From the NCBI RefSeq assembly GCF_004010195.1, contig NC_057751.1, positions 973,968-1,037,967 of the forward strand: a stretch of 64,000 nt of DNA, read 5' to 3'. The number at the start of each line of letters is the position of its first letter. The stretch's first letter is position 1. Below, piece after piece: positions 23,010 to 35,209 of this stretch. A model generated the notes under the pieces. It ran no database searches and had not been told where the DNA came from. It was given only the letters and a program-made list of their open reading frames with translations. The translations under genes and the position numbers were made by a program. This DNA is from Chiloscyllium plagiosum (lineage: Eukaryota).

Positions 23010-23670
23010 CCTGTCCAACAGTGCAGCAATCCCTCAGTACTGACCCTCTCACAGTCCAACACTCCCTTTGCACTGATCAGATTCTGGATGAGAGTGGTGC
23101 TGGAAAAGCACAGCAGTTCAGGCAGCATCCGAGGAGCAGTAAAATCGACGTTTCGTGCAAAAGCCCTTCATCAGGAATAGAGGTAGAGAGCCTGAAGGGT
23201 GGAGGGGAGGGGATGAAGGTGATAGGTCAGAGAGGAGGGTGGAGTGGATGGGGGAAAGGAAGATAGGCAGATAGGACAGGTCATGAGGACAGTGCTGAGC
23301 TGGAAGGTTGGAGCTGCGGTGAGATGGGGGAAGGGGAAATGAGGAAACTGTTCAAGTCCACATTGATGCCCTGGGGTTGAAGTGTTCCGAGGCAGAAGAT
23401 GAGGCATTCTTCCTCCAGGCGTCTGGTGGTGAGGGAGCGGCGGTGAAGGAGGCCCAGGACCTCCATGTCTTCGACAGAGTGGGAGGGGGAGTTGAAATGT
23501 TGGGCCACAGGGTGGTGTGGTTGATTGGTGCGGGTGTCCCAGAGATGTTCCCTAAAGCACTCTGCTAGGAGGCGTCCAGTCTCCCCAATGTAGAGGAGAC
23601 ATCTGACAGTGCAGCACTCCCTCAGTACTGACCCTCCGACAGTGTGGCGCTCCCTCAGTAGTGACAGATC
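23010..23670 (+). repeat. Short 33-bp minisatellite array split by a Penelope insertion
   Basis: Units at 23010-23080 and 23602-23670. Confidence 0.8.
23085..23600 (-). mobile_element. Penelope-like element 3' end: GIY-YIG endonuclease C-terminus plus pLTR with hammerhead
   Basis: Minus strand LLYIGETGRLLAECFREHL..PVAQHFNSPSHS..LEEECLIFCLGTLQPQGINVD; downstream attc-CTGATGA-a-gggc-tttt-gcac-GAAA-cg-TC-gatt at 23143-23178. Confidence 0.93.
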
Positions 23671-24974
23671 GACACTGCAGGCTCAAGTCCGTTCAATGGC
23701 CTGTGAATACATAACCTGCTAATTCTGAACTGAGAGTGCCTTCCTGATGCCAGAATTGAAATTTAGTCCAGACCAATGATTGAGATTAAGGTTCCCGTCC
23801 CAGAATAATTATAATGATGAAGTGGGAGCCTGTTGATGTCGCAAGATCGAGATAGACTTTCAGCCAGTTCTAAATCCCAACAAATCACAACTCTATTTCA
23901 AATAACCGCCATTGGATAGGTGAAAGAAAGCCAAAACAATGTTGAAAGTACAACAGAACGCTTTGGTATAGTGCCTTTAATGTAGTAAAATGTCCAAGGA
24001 TGCCTCAAAGATGTGTTATGAAGCAAATTTTGACAGCAAACCATTTAAGGAGATACAAGATCAGATTTCCAAAAACTTGGCCAGAGGTTGGTTTTAAGGA
24101 GCATCTCAATTGCTGTGCATGAGAGACAGAGATTTGAGGAAGTGATTCTAACGCTGATACACAAGCAGCTAAAAGGACAAACCTGGAGTCATTAAAATTG
24201 GGGAGGAGACAGCTTTTAGAGGGCTGTGGGATTGGAGAAGCTTTAATCTGAGACCACATAGGGTTTATAAACTCTTGATTGCGTTCTCTGGAGTACCTGT
24301 TACATAAGCTGTCACTCACAAAAGAGATTGACAAAAGAAACTGCTTCCATCCTCCTGCTGCTGCTAGCGGTGGTACTATTTATATTCTCCTTATTTCTTC
24401 CCTATTCCATCCTCCTGCCTAATTTCATAAGAAAGGCAATTTTCTCAACTCCACTTAATGTGGAGTTTGGTGGTTTTGTCACAACACCCATCAGTTACTG
24501 TCACATTCTGCTGCTGGTTTAATTAACCCACTCCCTCATTAGCATGTTTTCCCCATGCCTCTGAACAAGTGAAAGGATTGATTATTCTCCACAAACTCAC
24601 CCCAGCCAGTCATAGCAGCCAAACAATATGTCATTAATCAAATCTTTTGCACGATAGCAAATTCGAAAGTATCAGATTGCAAAGGGACTGCAAAGCTAAT
24701 GTTTCATTTTTCAGCACAGCGATTAGTGATTCTGTGTAAGGAGGTGTCTGTGCTGAGGCTGTGCCAATTTAATATTTGATGAAACTTGAAAGCTAATTTG
24801 ATGAAGCAGCAGGATCAGTGTGCAGGTTGTCCCAGACCCTCATTCTATCGGCCTCTCCACCCATCTGCACTCTCTCTCCTGCCCCAACTCCTCCACTCCA
24901 TCCTGACATCGGGTAAAACAGCTGCACCCTTTCACTTCCTGCCACCCTGGCCTTAACAACTCATCGAAAAGCTC

Positions 24975-25470
24975 AGAAACACAGAAAATCAGAACCAGCC
25001 ATCCAGCATATCAAGCCCACTGCACCATTCAAGATGATTGTAGTGAATCCTCTATCTCTGTGCCATGCCTCTCCCCGTACCCCAGACACATTTATCCTCA
25101 AGAAATCTGTTTCTTTGTTAAATATATTCCACGCCTAGACCTCCACAGCTTTCTATGGGAGAGAATTCCAGGGTTCAGCACTGTCTGGGTGAAAAAAATC
25201 CCATCTCATCTCCATATGAAATTGCCTACCTCATATTCTGAAACTGTCATTCCTTGTTTCTTGGCAGCTCCCCCCACCCAAGTCATGGGAAACAGAATTC
25301 TGCATCCAGTGTGTCCGGCCCTGTCAGTATTGTCTACGTTTCAATCAGATCCCCTCTCATTCTTCTAAACTCCAGTAAATACAGGCTCCCTTGTCCCAAT
25401 CTCTCCTCATACAACAAACCTACTTAGGAATGAGCCAGTTCAACCTTCACAGTGCTCCCTGTGTGACATG
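24975..25470 (-). mobile_element. Old CR1 3' fragment
   Basis: CR1-type tail and CTCTCATTCTTCTAAACTCCAGTAAATACAGG (GLYLLEFRRMRG on the minus strand). Confidence 0.7.
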
Positions 25471-25759
25471 TTTATCTTCTCTTTGGGTTTTATTTCTCAA
25501 TTATCTTTTTTTAGGTTGTGGACCCCATCACTTTCTTGCCCACAACTTTCACTTGTTCCAAATTCCCAATTTTTATAGTTTGCATTCTCAGCTTTCCCTC
25601 ACTCTGTGGCCGATTCCAATCTCAAACTATTCTCAAACTTTACAGCGGTAAGAAGTCCGACTCGCTGACTTGGAGCCAGGTGTAGAATCTGAATGCTGTG
25701 GGCTGTGGGATGAACTGATTCCGAGGGTAACCATGACATCAGCTCACTGCTCTGTCTGT

Positions 25760-26155
25760 AATACTACCTTGAAACAACAACAGAAAAGCCTTTGATATCA
25801 CCAGTAGCTTTGATCAGGATGCCCAGAAAACACTGTTTGTCTGAAGTGGAGTTACTATTGTGATGTAGGAAAACCAATCCACAAACATCTAGAAGCAGCA
25901 AGATCCTAATAAGCAGATCATTTGTTTTCTAGACATTGACTGGGGAGAGATATTGAATTGGACACTGGGGAGAACACACCTGCCTTTTTTTGTCTCAATA
26001 ACCCCAAAATTGTAGAAAGAGCCTGGGTTTAAGTCTCATCTGAAAGAAAGCAACACTGCAGTACTCTAAGTGGATTGTAGCATTCAAATCGCTGGAGTAG
26101 ACTGTACCCATTACCTTCTGAATGAAACGCAGCAGTGTCACACATTGAGTCAGAC
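25760..26155 (-). mobile_element. Deu-domain SINE
   Basis: CTGAAGTGGAGTTACTATTGTGATGTAGGAAA..GGACACTGGGGAGAAC..GTCTCATCTGAAAGA. Confidence 0.6.
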
Positions 26156-26464
26156 CTGATACTGTTCTCTGAATCTTAAGATCCTCAAAAGATACAGTAC
26201 CTTATTAAAAGTGGCGTAATGTTCATATTGAACATCTGGAATTGAACACTGCAAATAATCAGCAGGTGTACCAACGCCTCTGATGAGAGAGAGAGTTTGC
26301 TGGCTAGATTTTACGAAGCTCCCAAAGCAGATTGGGGTGGCTGTAACATCGGGCACCATGACCTGCAATGTTACAGCCATCAGCATCCTGCCTGTCCTCC
26401 CATTGATCAGTTCTGGCCCTTAGCAGACCTGCTATTGTTTCATCCCATTGGAAACCTCCTCAAA

Positions 26465-26780
26465 GGGAGGTGATGGCCTGATAGTATTGTCGCTGAACTG
26501 TTATTCGAGAGAGCCAGGTCATGTTCTGGGGACCTAGGTTGGAATCCCACCATGGCAGATGGTGGAATTTGAATTCAATAAATATCAGTAATTGGCCATG
26601 CATCCATTGTTGATTGCCAGAAAAAACTCATTTAGTCCCTTAGGGAAGGAAACTGCCATCTTTCATTAGTCTGGCTCTAGACTCACAGCAATGTGGTTAA
26701 CTCTTTACCACTCTTTGGGCAATCAAGTGATTGGGATTAAATGTTAACCACACTCTTATCCCATAGATGAATTTTAAGAA
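26465..26780 (+). mobile_element. tRNA-headed SINE second family, near full length
   Basis: TGGCCTGATAGT A-box-like, GGTTGGAATCCC B-box-like, CTTAGGGAAGGAAACTGCC..CACAGCAATGTGGTT body. Confidence 0.75.
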
Positions 26781-28158
26781 ATCACAACGCTGGCCACCAC
26801 GTTGATTGATTTCTTATCCCTTTGCTGCTGACTCCTTGCAAAGTCTGCTGGATCTTTTGGTCAAATCGTGACCAGCCTTAATTGGGCATGTAGCACTCCT
26901 AAATGTTGGCCAGCTGAATTTGGGTTTGGTTGTTTCATGGCATTTGCTGAGCGACAGGCAGGGCACTGCGGAGTTGGACTAGCAGAGTGGCTGCTGCAGG
27001 CAGCCAGCTTGAACGTGTTGGAGTGGCTTTTCCTGTGGATGCATCCATTTCGAGATCCTCTCTTTCTCTTTTTCTTATGGAACAAATTTAGGAGGCTAAA
27101 TTATCTCCTCCTGCTTCTGTGTAACAAGTATGAGGATATAAGTAGTTTCTTCCTGTTCCTGCATAACAGAATCATGGAGCTGAATGGCCTCCTCCTATTC
27201 CTCTGTTACAGGTTTGTCAATCTCCACAGTATCTGTGACGTCTTGGTGATGAGCCACACCTGTGTGAGGGTGGGGGAAGTAAAAAATTCACCTTCTTATT
27301 GAGTTAGAGACGTTCATTCTCACTGGACAATGAACAGAGGCGTTGCAGATAGAATCATGTGACTATTGCTGAGGATGATCAGCCCATTTTACCAATGCTG
27401 GTCCTTTGATAAAACTATGTACTGTACTGTTTTCTGCTTGCTTTCTCTTTCCCATATCTCAGCATATTTTTCATTTTGAAATGTTCATCCAATTCCCTTT
27501 TGAAAGTTACCTTTGAACCTTTTCCACACTGTTGGGATTCTAATCCTCTCCCATCATGGTTACAGTCAACATATCACAACTCACTGCATTAAAAGAATTC
27601 TCTTCATCTCACTGTTCTTTCAGCAATTAGCTTAAATGTGTATTCTCGAGTTACCAACCCTCCAGTCCTGAGCAAGAATTTCTCCTGATTTACTCGAATG
27701 AAACAATTGAAGTACTAGTCACTGACAGTAATTGTTTTCAGAGTAGGAATGCATTTACTCTGTTGTTCTTTAATCACTGGCTGTTTATTCCAAATGGAAA
27801 AGCTCACAGGCTTGGTGTGTCTTGTGTTGACAGTGATGCTTAACAAAGTTCAAAGGCAAGACACCAAAATATGTAGAAGAGCCACAAGGGATAGTGAATG
27901 CAAGTTAACAGTTACTTAAACAGGAGGCCAGCATTTGAAGCCAGACTGACAGTGAGGAACTGAGGGAGAATGGCTTTATTGGAGGGGATAAGATCTCAAA
28001 CCAGGGGCCCCATCTGTCTTCTGACCCTGAACTAAAAGATGCCACAAGACTTAGTTGAAAAGCATCATCGTATAGGGTTTGGGGGTGAAGAAGGGGTCAG
28101 TAATGGTTTTACCATACCTACAACAGACTATTGATTTACTGTGTACCGTTTTGATGCA

Positions 28159-28640
28159 GTCATAGAGTCATAGAGATGTACAGCACGGAAACAAATCCTT
28201 CAGTCCAACTGGTCCATGCCAACCAGATATCCCAACCTAATCTAGTCCCATTTGCCAGTACCCGGCCCATATCCCTCCAAACCCTTCCTATTCATATACC
28301 CATCTAGATGCCTTTTAAATGTTGCAATTGTCCCAGCCTCCACCACTTCCTCTGGCAGCTCGTTCCATACACGTACCACCCTCTGTGAGAAAACGTTACC
28401 CTTTGGTCTTTTTTGTATCTTTCCCCTCTCACCCTAAACCTATGTTGTGGACTCCCCCATCCCCGGAAACGACTTTGTCTATTTATCCTATCCATGCCTC
28501 TCGTGATTTTATAACCACTATAAGGTCACCCCTCAGCCTCCACGCTCCAGGGAAAACAGCCCTATAGCTCAAATCCTCCAATCCTGGCAACATCCTTGTA
28601 AATCTTTTCTGAACCCTTTCAAGTTTCACAACATTATTTC
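28159..28640 (-). mobile_element. CR1 LINE 3' end
   Basis: (GTCATAGA)n tail; reverse complement of ERVQKRFTRMLPG..RVVRVWNELPEEVV. Confidence 0.93.
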
Positions 28641-28669
28641 TGGAAAAATATAATTGTCTTAGAGGGCTT

Positions 28670-29065
28670 GTGAGGAAGATTCAGCCAACTTATTCACAGG
28701 ATGGGAGAAATGTGAAGAGAAATTGGGGAAACTGGGCCTGTGTTCTCAAAGTTGTCATTCTCTGAGAGGTGATCTCATTTAAAATTACAAAATGTCTAAA
28801 GGATAGACAAGGGTAGATGCAGGTAAGATGTTTCCTCCAGGAAGCCTAGAGCCAGAGGCACAATTTAAAAAAGGGGGGAGTGTCATTTTGGATCAAAAAG
28901 AGGAGAAATTCTTTCGCTCAGGGCGGTGAATCTTTGGTACTGTCTACTCCAGAGGGCTGTGGAAGCTTAGTCTTTGCGTACATTTAAAGTAGACATTAAT
29001 AGAGTTTTGATTTTCAGTGACGTAAAAGGTGAGTGTGAGTTAAAGGCATCAAAGTGTTTGAAGCT
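28670..29065 (+). mobile_element. Old CR1 3' fragment
   Basis: GAGAGGTGATCTCATT..GACAAGGGTAGATGCAGGTAAGATGTTTCC..GGTGAATCTTTGG. Confidence 0.7.
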
Positions 29066-30429
29066 CCCTGTGAACAACAACTTTATTATTGTGGTGTGTA
29101 CAAACCTCATGAAGCAAGCAGTGAATTTGGAGAGTGTAGACACGAAGAGAACTTGGACTACACCGGGGGAAACAGTGTACATCCCGAAAGAAGGACCCAA
29201 TGAAGGGAGATGAAAAGTATGAAATCGAAAGAGGAGTCCTTTCTCATGAGTTTTACATCATCCTTGACAGATGTGATGATGGACCTATGACTGACTCATT
29301 TTGTCTAAATGTTATTGTGAGTTAATATGCCAACTCCTGTGAAAATAAACACCACTTGATATGTTTAAATTCGCTTGCAAGGTTTCCCATTTATTTTGAC
29401 TTATTAAATTCTTCCTGTTAAAGACTCTGACATCTTAGTAAATCAACTGCCAGGAACAAGTGTGCAATTTTTGTATCTGTTGCAAGCACATGAATTGTCC
29501 CATCTCAAGCTTCTCGTGTGACCTGTCCTGAAACATGAGCAGCGTTTCAGCAGCAAATAAATGTTCCTTTTTAACAGGTCGTTGAGCTGTAGATTAGGAC
29601 GCAGTTCATATTTCCACCTCAGCCAGGTTATCCTTTCTGGCATAGAAGGAGAAATCATAAACAGCTCAGCAGCAAGGGCAAGGAGAGCAAAACTAATATT
29701 TCACTTTTGAGATGTATTCTGAAACAACCAAAGAGAATAACACAGAAAAGGGGGACCATCTTCAATCAAATAAATTCAATTCTAACTCATCAAAGCAAAA
29801 AAACAAAAAGCCTTTTAATTTGTTTGCATGTCAAGGCAAGAGTGCTATTCTCTCACTGACACAAGACAAGGAGTCAGTATAATGTAATCTAATTAAATTG
29901 ATGTGCAACATTACAGCGGTCTCTGATACTTCATTTTCCTGCTCTATATTTTGTCTTGCTTTAATAGAGCATGCGACGGGTACAGAAAAATTGATATGAA
30001 GTTTCCAGGCCCTGTTCTAAATCCCTATTTGGTAAAGTGTATCTCTCTGCTGTCAGTTCACACCAGTTATGATGGATTAAGCTCCCTTCCTCTTGTTTGC
30101 TGGAGTACTATACCACTTCTCGCCCAAATACAATCACTTAATCTTCATCACTCGTGTTTTATATTCAAAGGCCTCAGAGTTTCTGGTGACACTTATGTCA
30201 GATAGTCTCACCATGAGTGGAAGTGTTCCTGGGTTGAGTAAGCTGTACTGACTGTGGTCATGGCTCTGTGGATAACATTCTCAACCAGGACACAGAAATT
30301 CATGGAGTCAGGTCTGTAGCAATCGTAATGAGGTCAGGCAGCTAGAGCTCCAAGAATCAGAGTTTCCTGATTAGAGCTGTGAATTTGGTCCAATCAGCAA
30401 GCCCTGGCTGACATATAAAAAAGGGGAGT

Positions 30430-30635
30430 AATGTACAACTGTCATTGCTGTTGTCTCTTTATATCTTTGTGAAACTGGGATTTGAGGTTTGTCCTCATGT
30501 CCCTGTAAACTGTTTGAATGGTAGGGTTTGGGGCCTGGTTTTGCTGCTCCTCTCACTTGTAAAATTGCTGTCTCTTGTATGCAGCTGTAAATGTAACTGT
30601 TTGTTATAAACTGTTTTTGTAATTTGTTTAATAAA
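30430..30635 (+). mobile_element. Retroposed 3'-UTR-like insertion in the LTR
   Basis: Flanked by ATAAAAAAGGGGAGT (30415-30429) and ATAAAAAAGGAGAGT (30636-30650); ends in AATAAA. Confidence 0.7.
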
Positions 30636-30854
30636 ATAAAAAAGGAGAGTGTCAGAGAGCCTGTCACTCCGGTGCCTGACCCTGTATGAGACATCTTGTA
30701 TGGTAGTCAAGGACTGTTCATGTGTAAATAAAGAGTAACATAGTGACAGGATACCAGCCTCTGAAGAGTGACTTCAGTGGTGACAAGAGGAAAACACAAT
30801 CCTGAAGAAATTCGCTTGCAAAAGTCATCTTTGAATAGGGGTATTCCTTACATC

Positions 30855-31900
30855 GTGCCATTATTTAGGAAGCTTGACCTGTATGTTCCTGCCATCAAAC
30901 TGTGGGCCAAGTATGTGGAAAGAATGGATTATTTTTTATAGGCAAACAACAGTGTGGAAGACAACAAACACTGAGCAAGTCTCTTGACAGCCTGTGGACC
31001 TGCAGCTTTTTCCGTCATTAGGATCCTAATTTTCCCTGAGACACCAGATATTAAAACCTTTCGAGAATTGATGGACATAATTAAGATATATTATGACCCA
31101 AAGCTTCCTCTAATTCTGAAACGTTGTTGCTGTTACTTAGCAATTTGAGAACCTGGAGACTATGGATCAGGGTTTTTGACTAGGGTTAAGTCAGCTGCCA
31201 GAAAACAGTGAATGTGGTTTAAATCTTAATGAAATGCTGAGAAACCATCTGGCATTGGGCATTAATGTTGTAACTTGTCAAAGAAAAAATACTATTTGTT
31301 TGCATGACGAGGCAAGAGTGCTATTCTCTCACTCTATGCAAAAACACCTGCTAGCTGAAGACCAACTGGACTTCAAACAGGCACTACACTGGCTTTATCA
31401 GTGGCAAATACAGCAAGTGGAGAATATGCATTGCAAAGTAATGATGGAAGTGGACATCCTTGCCAGTCTGACTGAGCTCAAGGAACAGCACTTGAGCGAA
31501 GGTGATTGCATAGCCTCACTCACATATCCTGAACAGAGGGACTCGAGATCAGCCCACAACAAATCCCCAAAGCAAGGCCAAACGTTCAACATTTTCTTCA
31601 AATCCTGGCCGGTAAGCCATTGTACTTGTTGCCAGTATGTGGCCTCAAGACAGCAAAAGAGTCTAACTAGACCATAATTCAATAAGATAACTCATAGGGC
31701 AGTATCCAGGAGAGTTTATACCCGGAAAATCCACTTCCATCTGGTTTGGAACAGTTCAATTGCTTAGCAACATCAAAATCAGAACCAATCAAGATAAATA
31801 TCTGGTTAAATGGTGATCTGGTTCTAATGGAGTTTGATACTGGTGCGACTGTATCAGTGATCACAGAACTAATTTTTAATGAAATTCACTCTGGAGTTCA
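30855..31900 (+). pseudogene. Disrupted gag-protease of the Gypsy element
   Basis: In-frame stops and frameshifts; DTG aspartic protease motif retained. Confidence 0.8.
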
Positions 31901-32514
31901 GCCAGATGTCAGCAAGGCTGAAGTTCCACCAGGGAGCACACATTCAGTGAGGTCCAGCTAACTGCCCCTGTTCCAATCACTACATCCTCCCCCCCTCCGA
32001 GTACATAGACACGGGCTGGTCCTTTTTCTTAAAGAGCCTCCTGAAGTGTTTTAGCACTGAGACAGGTCAGTTCAGTATTCACGGGAACTCGCCTCTTGTG
32101 CCAGGAACACCTCGGTAGAATTTCGTTCCCTTCTTCTGGTGGCAATGGCGTCAAAGTGGCTGCTCCCATCATGTCCATCTCTGATTCCAACGTCTTGACA
32201 GCATTTAATGGACAGGTTGAACCCATGAGTTCTGGCAGCATTTTCAATGATTACAAGGACAATGGCATGTTTTCCTCCCACACCACTTGTGAATTTGTGA
32301 CTTTCATATGGATCTAAATGCTTATTAAGAACCATTGCACCTATCCAATCTTTATACATCACTCGTCCTGACCTCACGTCGGCCATGTTTCTTTCCTCAT
32401 ACAAAGTCATTTCCATCATTCTTACACCAAACTTCATTCCCTCATATCAAATTGTCCTCTTGCTTGGCCGAGTCTTGCGTCTGGCATTGGAGTTTCTGGT
32501 GCTGTTTCAAGGTC

Positions 32515-32960
32515 CTCATTCTGGAGAGTTGAACACAAAATCTAAGCTGACAATTTTGGGAGTGAGGGAATGCTGCACTGTTTATCTTGCAGGTCAGATG
32601 TGGACCCATTTGTCCCCTCAGTAAATGTAAAAGGATTTCATCACATTAGTTCTGATGAAGAGTTACTGGACTCTGCTCTCTTCCCATAGATGCTGGCAGA
32701 CCTGCTGCGGTTCACCAGCAATTTCTCTTTTTTTGTTTCAGATCTCCAGCAGCTGCAGTTCTTTGTGTTATCTCATGACATTGCTGGATGAACGGCCAAT
32801 ACAATCATTAAATCAGATCATCAGGCATGCACTCATTATTGTTTGTGGGACCTCAATAGATACGAATTAGCAGCTGTATTTCTAACTTGACAACAATGAT
32901 GACAATTCAAAAAGTAAGTCATGAGGGTGTAAGGTATTTGGGATGATTTATCAGTTGTGC
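32515..32960 (+). mobile_element. Deu-domain SINE body (head at ~30260-30314, split by the Gypsy element; pLTR fragment at ~32650-32770)
   Basis: GAGTTGAACACAAAATCTAAGCTGACA..GAGGGAATGCTGCACTG..TGTTTGTGGGACC. Confidence 0.65.
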
Positions 32961-34279
32961 TGAGCAGTGCTCCACCTCGAAACACTTCATGTTGTCACAA
33001 TAGTGATAAAGTATGAACTATTGATTTTCCAATTAAATCTTCTGCTTGTTATATTCTGGACAGGGTTAGCAAATAACACAATTGCTTTTCCTTTCACTCA
33101 AGAAAATCTTGTAATAGGCTCCTTTATTGTTTTGAATGAGCTAGTTACCTACATTGCCTTTTTTCTGTCCTTCCACACAAACCCCTGGTGTCCATGTATG
33201 TCAGCAACCTAGACATCAGTGTGCCAGCTTGCTGCTTGGTGTTTACGAACCATTGGAGTCTCTTCACAGCCACAGAGTTAGCAGGAACATTGCTGGTTAC
33301 TACACTTTAATTGGGGTGAGCTACAAACAAAAAGGAACAAAAAAATCTTTGTTGTCGCCAAGCAAGGAGCTTGGAAAGAGAGTCAAGCCACCCCTCCTCA
33401 CCTGTTCACAACAATACAAGCACATAGATCAGACAGAGACACATTCATTCCCACACATGCATGCTCTGTCACAAATGCATGTCTGTCAATCATTATGTAG
33501 GTAGATACTTTGAAAAGCGTTTATCCCACATCCCATCAATGTAATTATATTCAGTGGAACAGAACTGCTCAAAGGCAGAATCAGGCAATCAGTCACCGTT
33601 TATCCATTTTACTTTAATTACTTTTAATCTCAAAATAATGGCAAGACAAAGCTTGTGTCTTCTCAATCAGTGATCAGTCCGTCAATCTCCAGTGTGCGCC
33701 AACAATTAGAAAGTTATAGAGTGTTTCATGAACCACATTTGAAAAGATAATCCACACCCCTTACATCAGTATGATCATCAAAAGTACTGTTGGTTATTTT
33801 ATTTTATTTTGTTCAGCATTGTTAATAATGCTGATCGAGACACACTGTAATTTTGATGAGCACTGCTTCACCTGACTGGAAGTCAGTCGGTTTCCCTGGT
33901 GCAGTTAGCACATTTAATTAATTGAATTAATCTCTTGAGACCACTGGAAGCATTTCTGATTCACATCACAAAGCTGGGACATTGCTCAATCTATTCCTGC
34001 AATGTCACTAGTCCTGTAAGCTTAATAAAATTGAATTCATATGTGTTTTGTCTATTTGAATATCGATATCAGAACACCTTTTTTTGCATGTTCTTCATGA
34101 GATATTGCTGAGGGCAATATTTTAGTTTTCAGGGTCTACTTCCTCGTTCTCACTCCTTCACCTATTGAGTGATGTAGTCAGGCAGCAGCAATATCCCCTG
34201 TACTTGTGTTGACATATGGATTCTTTCAACTCACACAGAAGCAGAATTAGATGAGTTTGTCAATGTCTTCAATAATAAA

Positions 34280-34470
34280 AACAAAATTCTGAGACTGCTG
34301 GAGGTCTGAAATAAAATCAGAAAGTACTAGAGAAACTCTCAGCACATCTGTCAGCACCTGTGGAGAGAGAAACAAAATTGAAATTTTGAATCCAATGTAA
34401 CTCCGTTTCTCTTTCTACGGATGCTGCCAGAGCTCTGTGCTTCTCCAGCACCTTCTGTTTATATTTCTCA
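34280..34470. mobile_element. Old fold-back Penelope pLTR pair
   Basis: CAGCACCTGTGGAGAGAGAAAC.. and ..GTTTCTCTTTCTACGGATGCTG in inverted arrangement. Confidence 0.6.
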
Positions 34471-35039
34471 ATAATGATCACCCCTTCGTAAAACTTAAAG
34501 CCACAACACACAAGGAAGACACAAGGAAAGCAACAAAGCCAGGGATTCCTGGTGGCAGTGAGCCCTGTGCAGAGAGTTTTGTCACAGGCGTGTTATGTCC
34601 AGAGCGGGCAGTCCTGACATGAGCGAGTTATGCTTAGAACGGGGACCTCTGGTTACCACTGAGGGGGTGTCATCTGCAGAGCTGGGGACCTGTGGTTGTG
34701 GGGCGAGTGTGGGTTCAGCAATGTAAGCTTAAATTAGACATTCTACACTCGTTTGCAAAGGTTTTGTCATCTCAGCAATTTCAAGGTTTCCTCTCTCCCA
34801 ACCTCTTGGAGGTTTCTTCTCATTTCCATGAACCTTGAGACCTCCCTCTCTCCCTCCCCGTCCCCAGCCCTCTTGCAGCTTTTAACCCCATTGTGATGTT
34901 CTCTTGGCTCTCCAGAGTAAAAGCTTCCCCAGTGACACCCCCCCCCCCCCGTCATAGAACATAGAAAAAAAAAGAATACAGCACATCATCCTTCCACCCA
35001 TTTGCTTTCATCTGCAGATTTTTATATACTACATGCAGT

Positions 35040-35132
35040 TGAGAATGTTGTGCTGGAGAAGCACAGCAGGTCAGGCAGCATCCAAGGAGCAGGAGAATCG
35101 ATGTTTTGGGCATTGGCCCTTCATCAGGAATG
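35040..35132 (-). mobile_element. Penelope pLTR fragment (hammerhead with GAAA>AAAA)
   Basis: Minus strand attcCTGATGAagggccaatgcccaAAAcaTCgattc. Confidence 0.8.
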
Positions 35133-35209
35133 GTCTCCTAGCACAAATACCTGCAGTACCCCACCATGACACCCCACAGTAGCCTCATAGTACTTTGGCT
35201 TGTCTTGCC

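Larger units (their letters stand above)
30315..32509 (+). mobile_element. Gypsy-type LTR retrotransposon, internally deleted and partly inverted, 5-bp TSD AGGTC
   Basis: 5' LTR TG(30315)..CA(30776); PBS-like TGGTGACAAGAGG; gag remnant WAKYVERMDYF..LLTACGPAAF..FPETPD; protease MEFDTGATVSVI (DTGA 31836-31847); AGGTC at 30310-30314 and 32510-32514. Confidence 0.88.

Noticed and set aside
26861..27302. Possible host exon in unique GC-richer DNA
   Set aside because: No recognisable domain in the frames examined and no convincing splice context; short exons anywhere in the window cannot be excluded without RNA or homology data.
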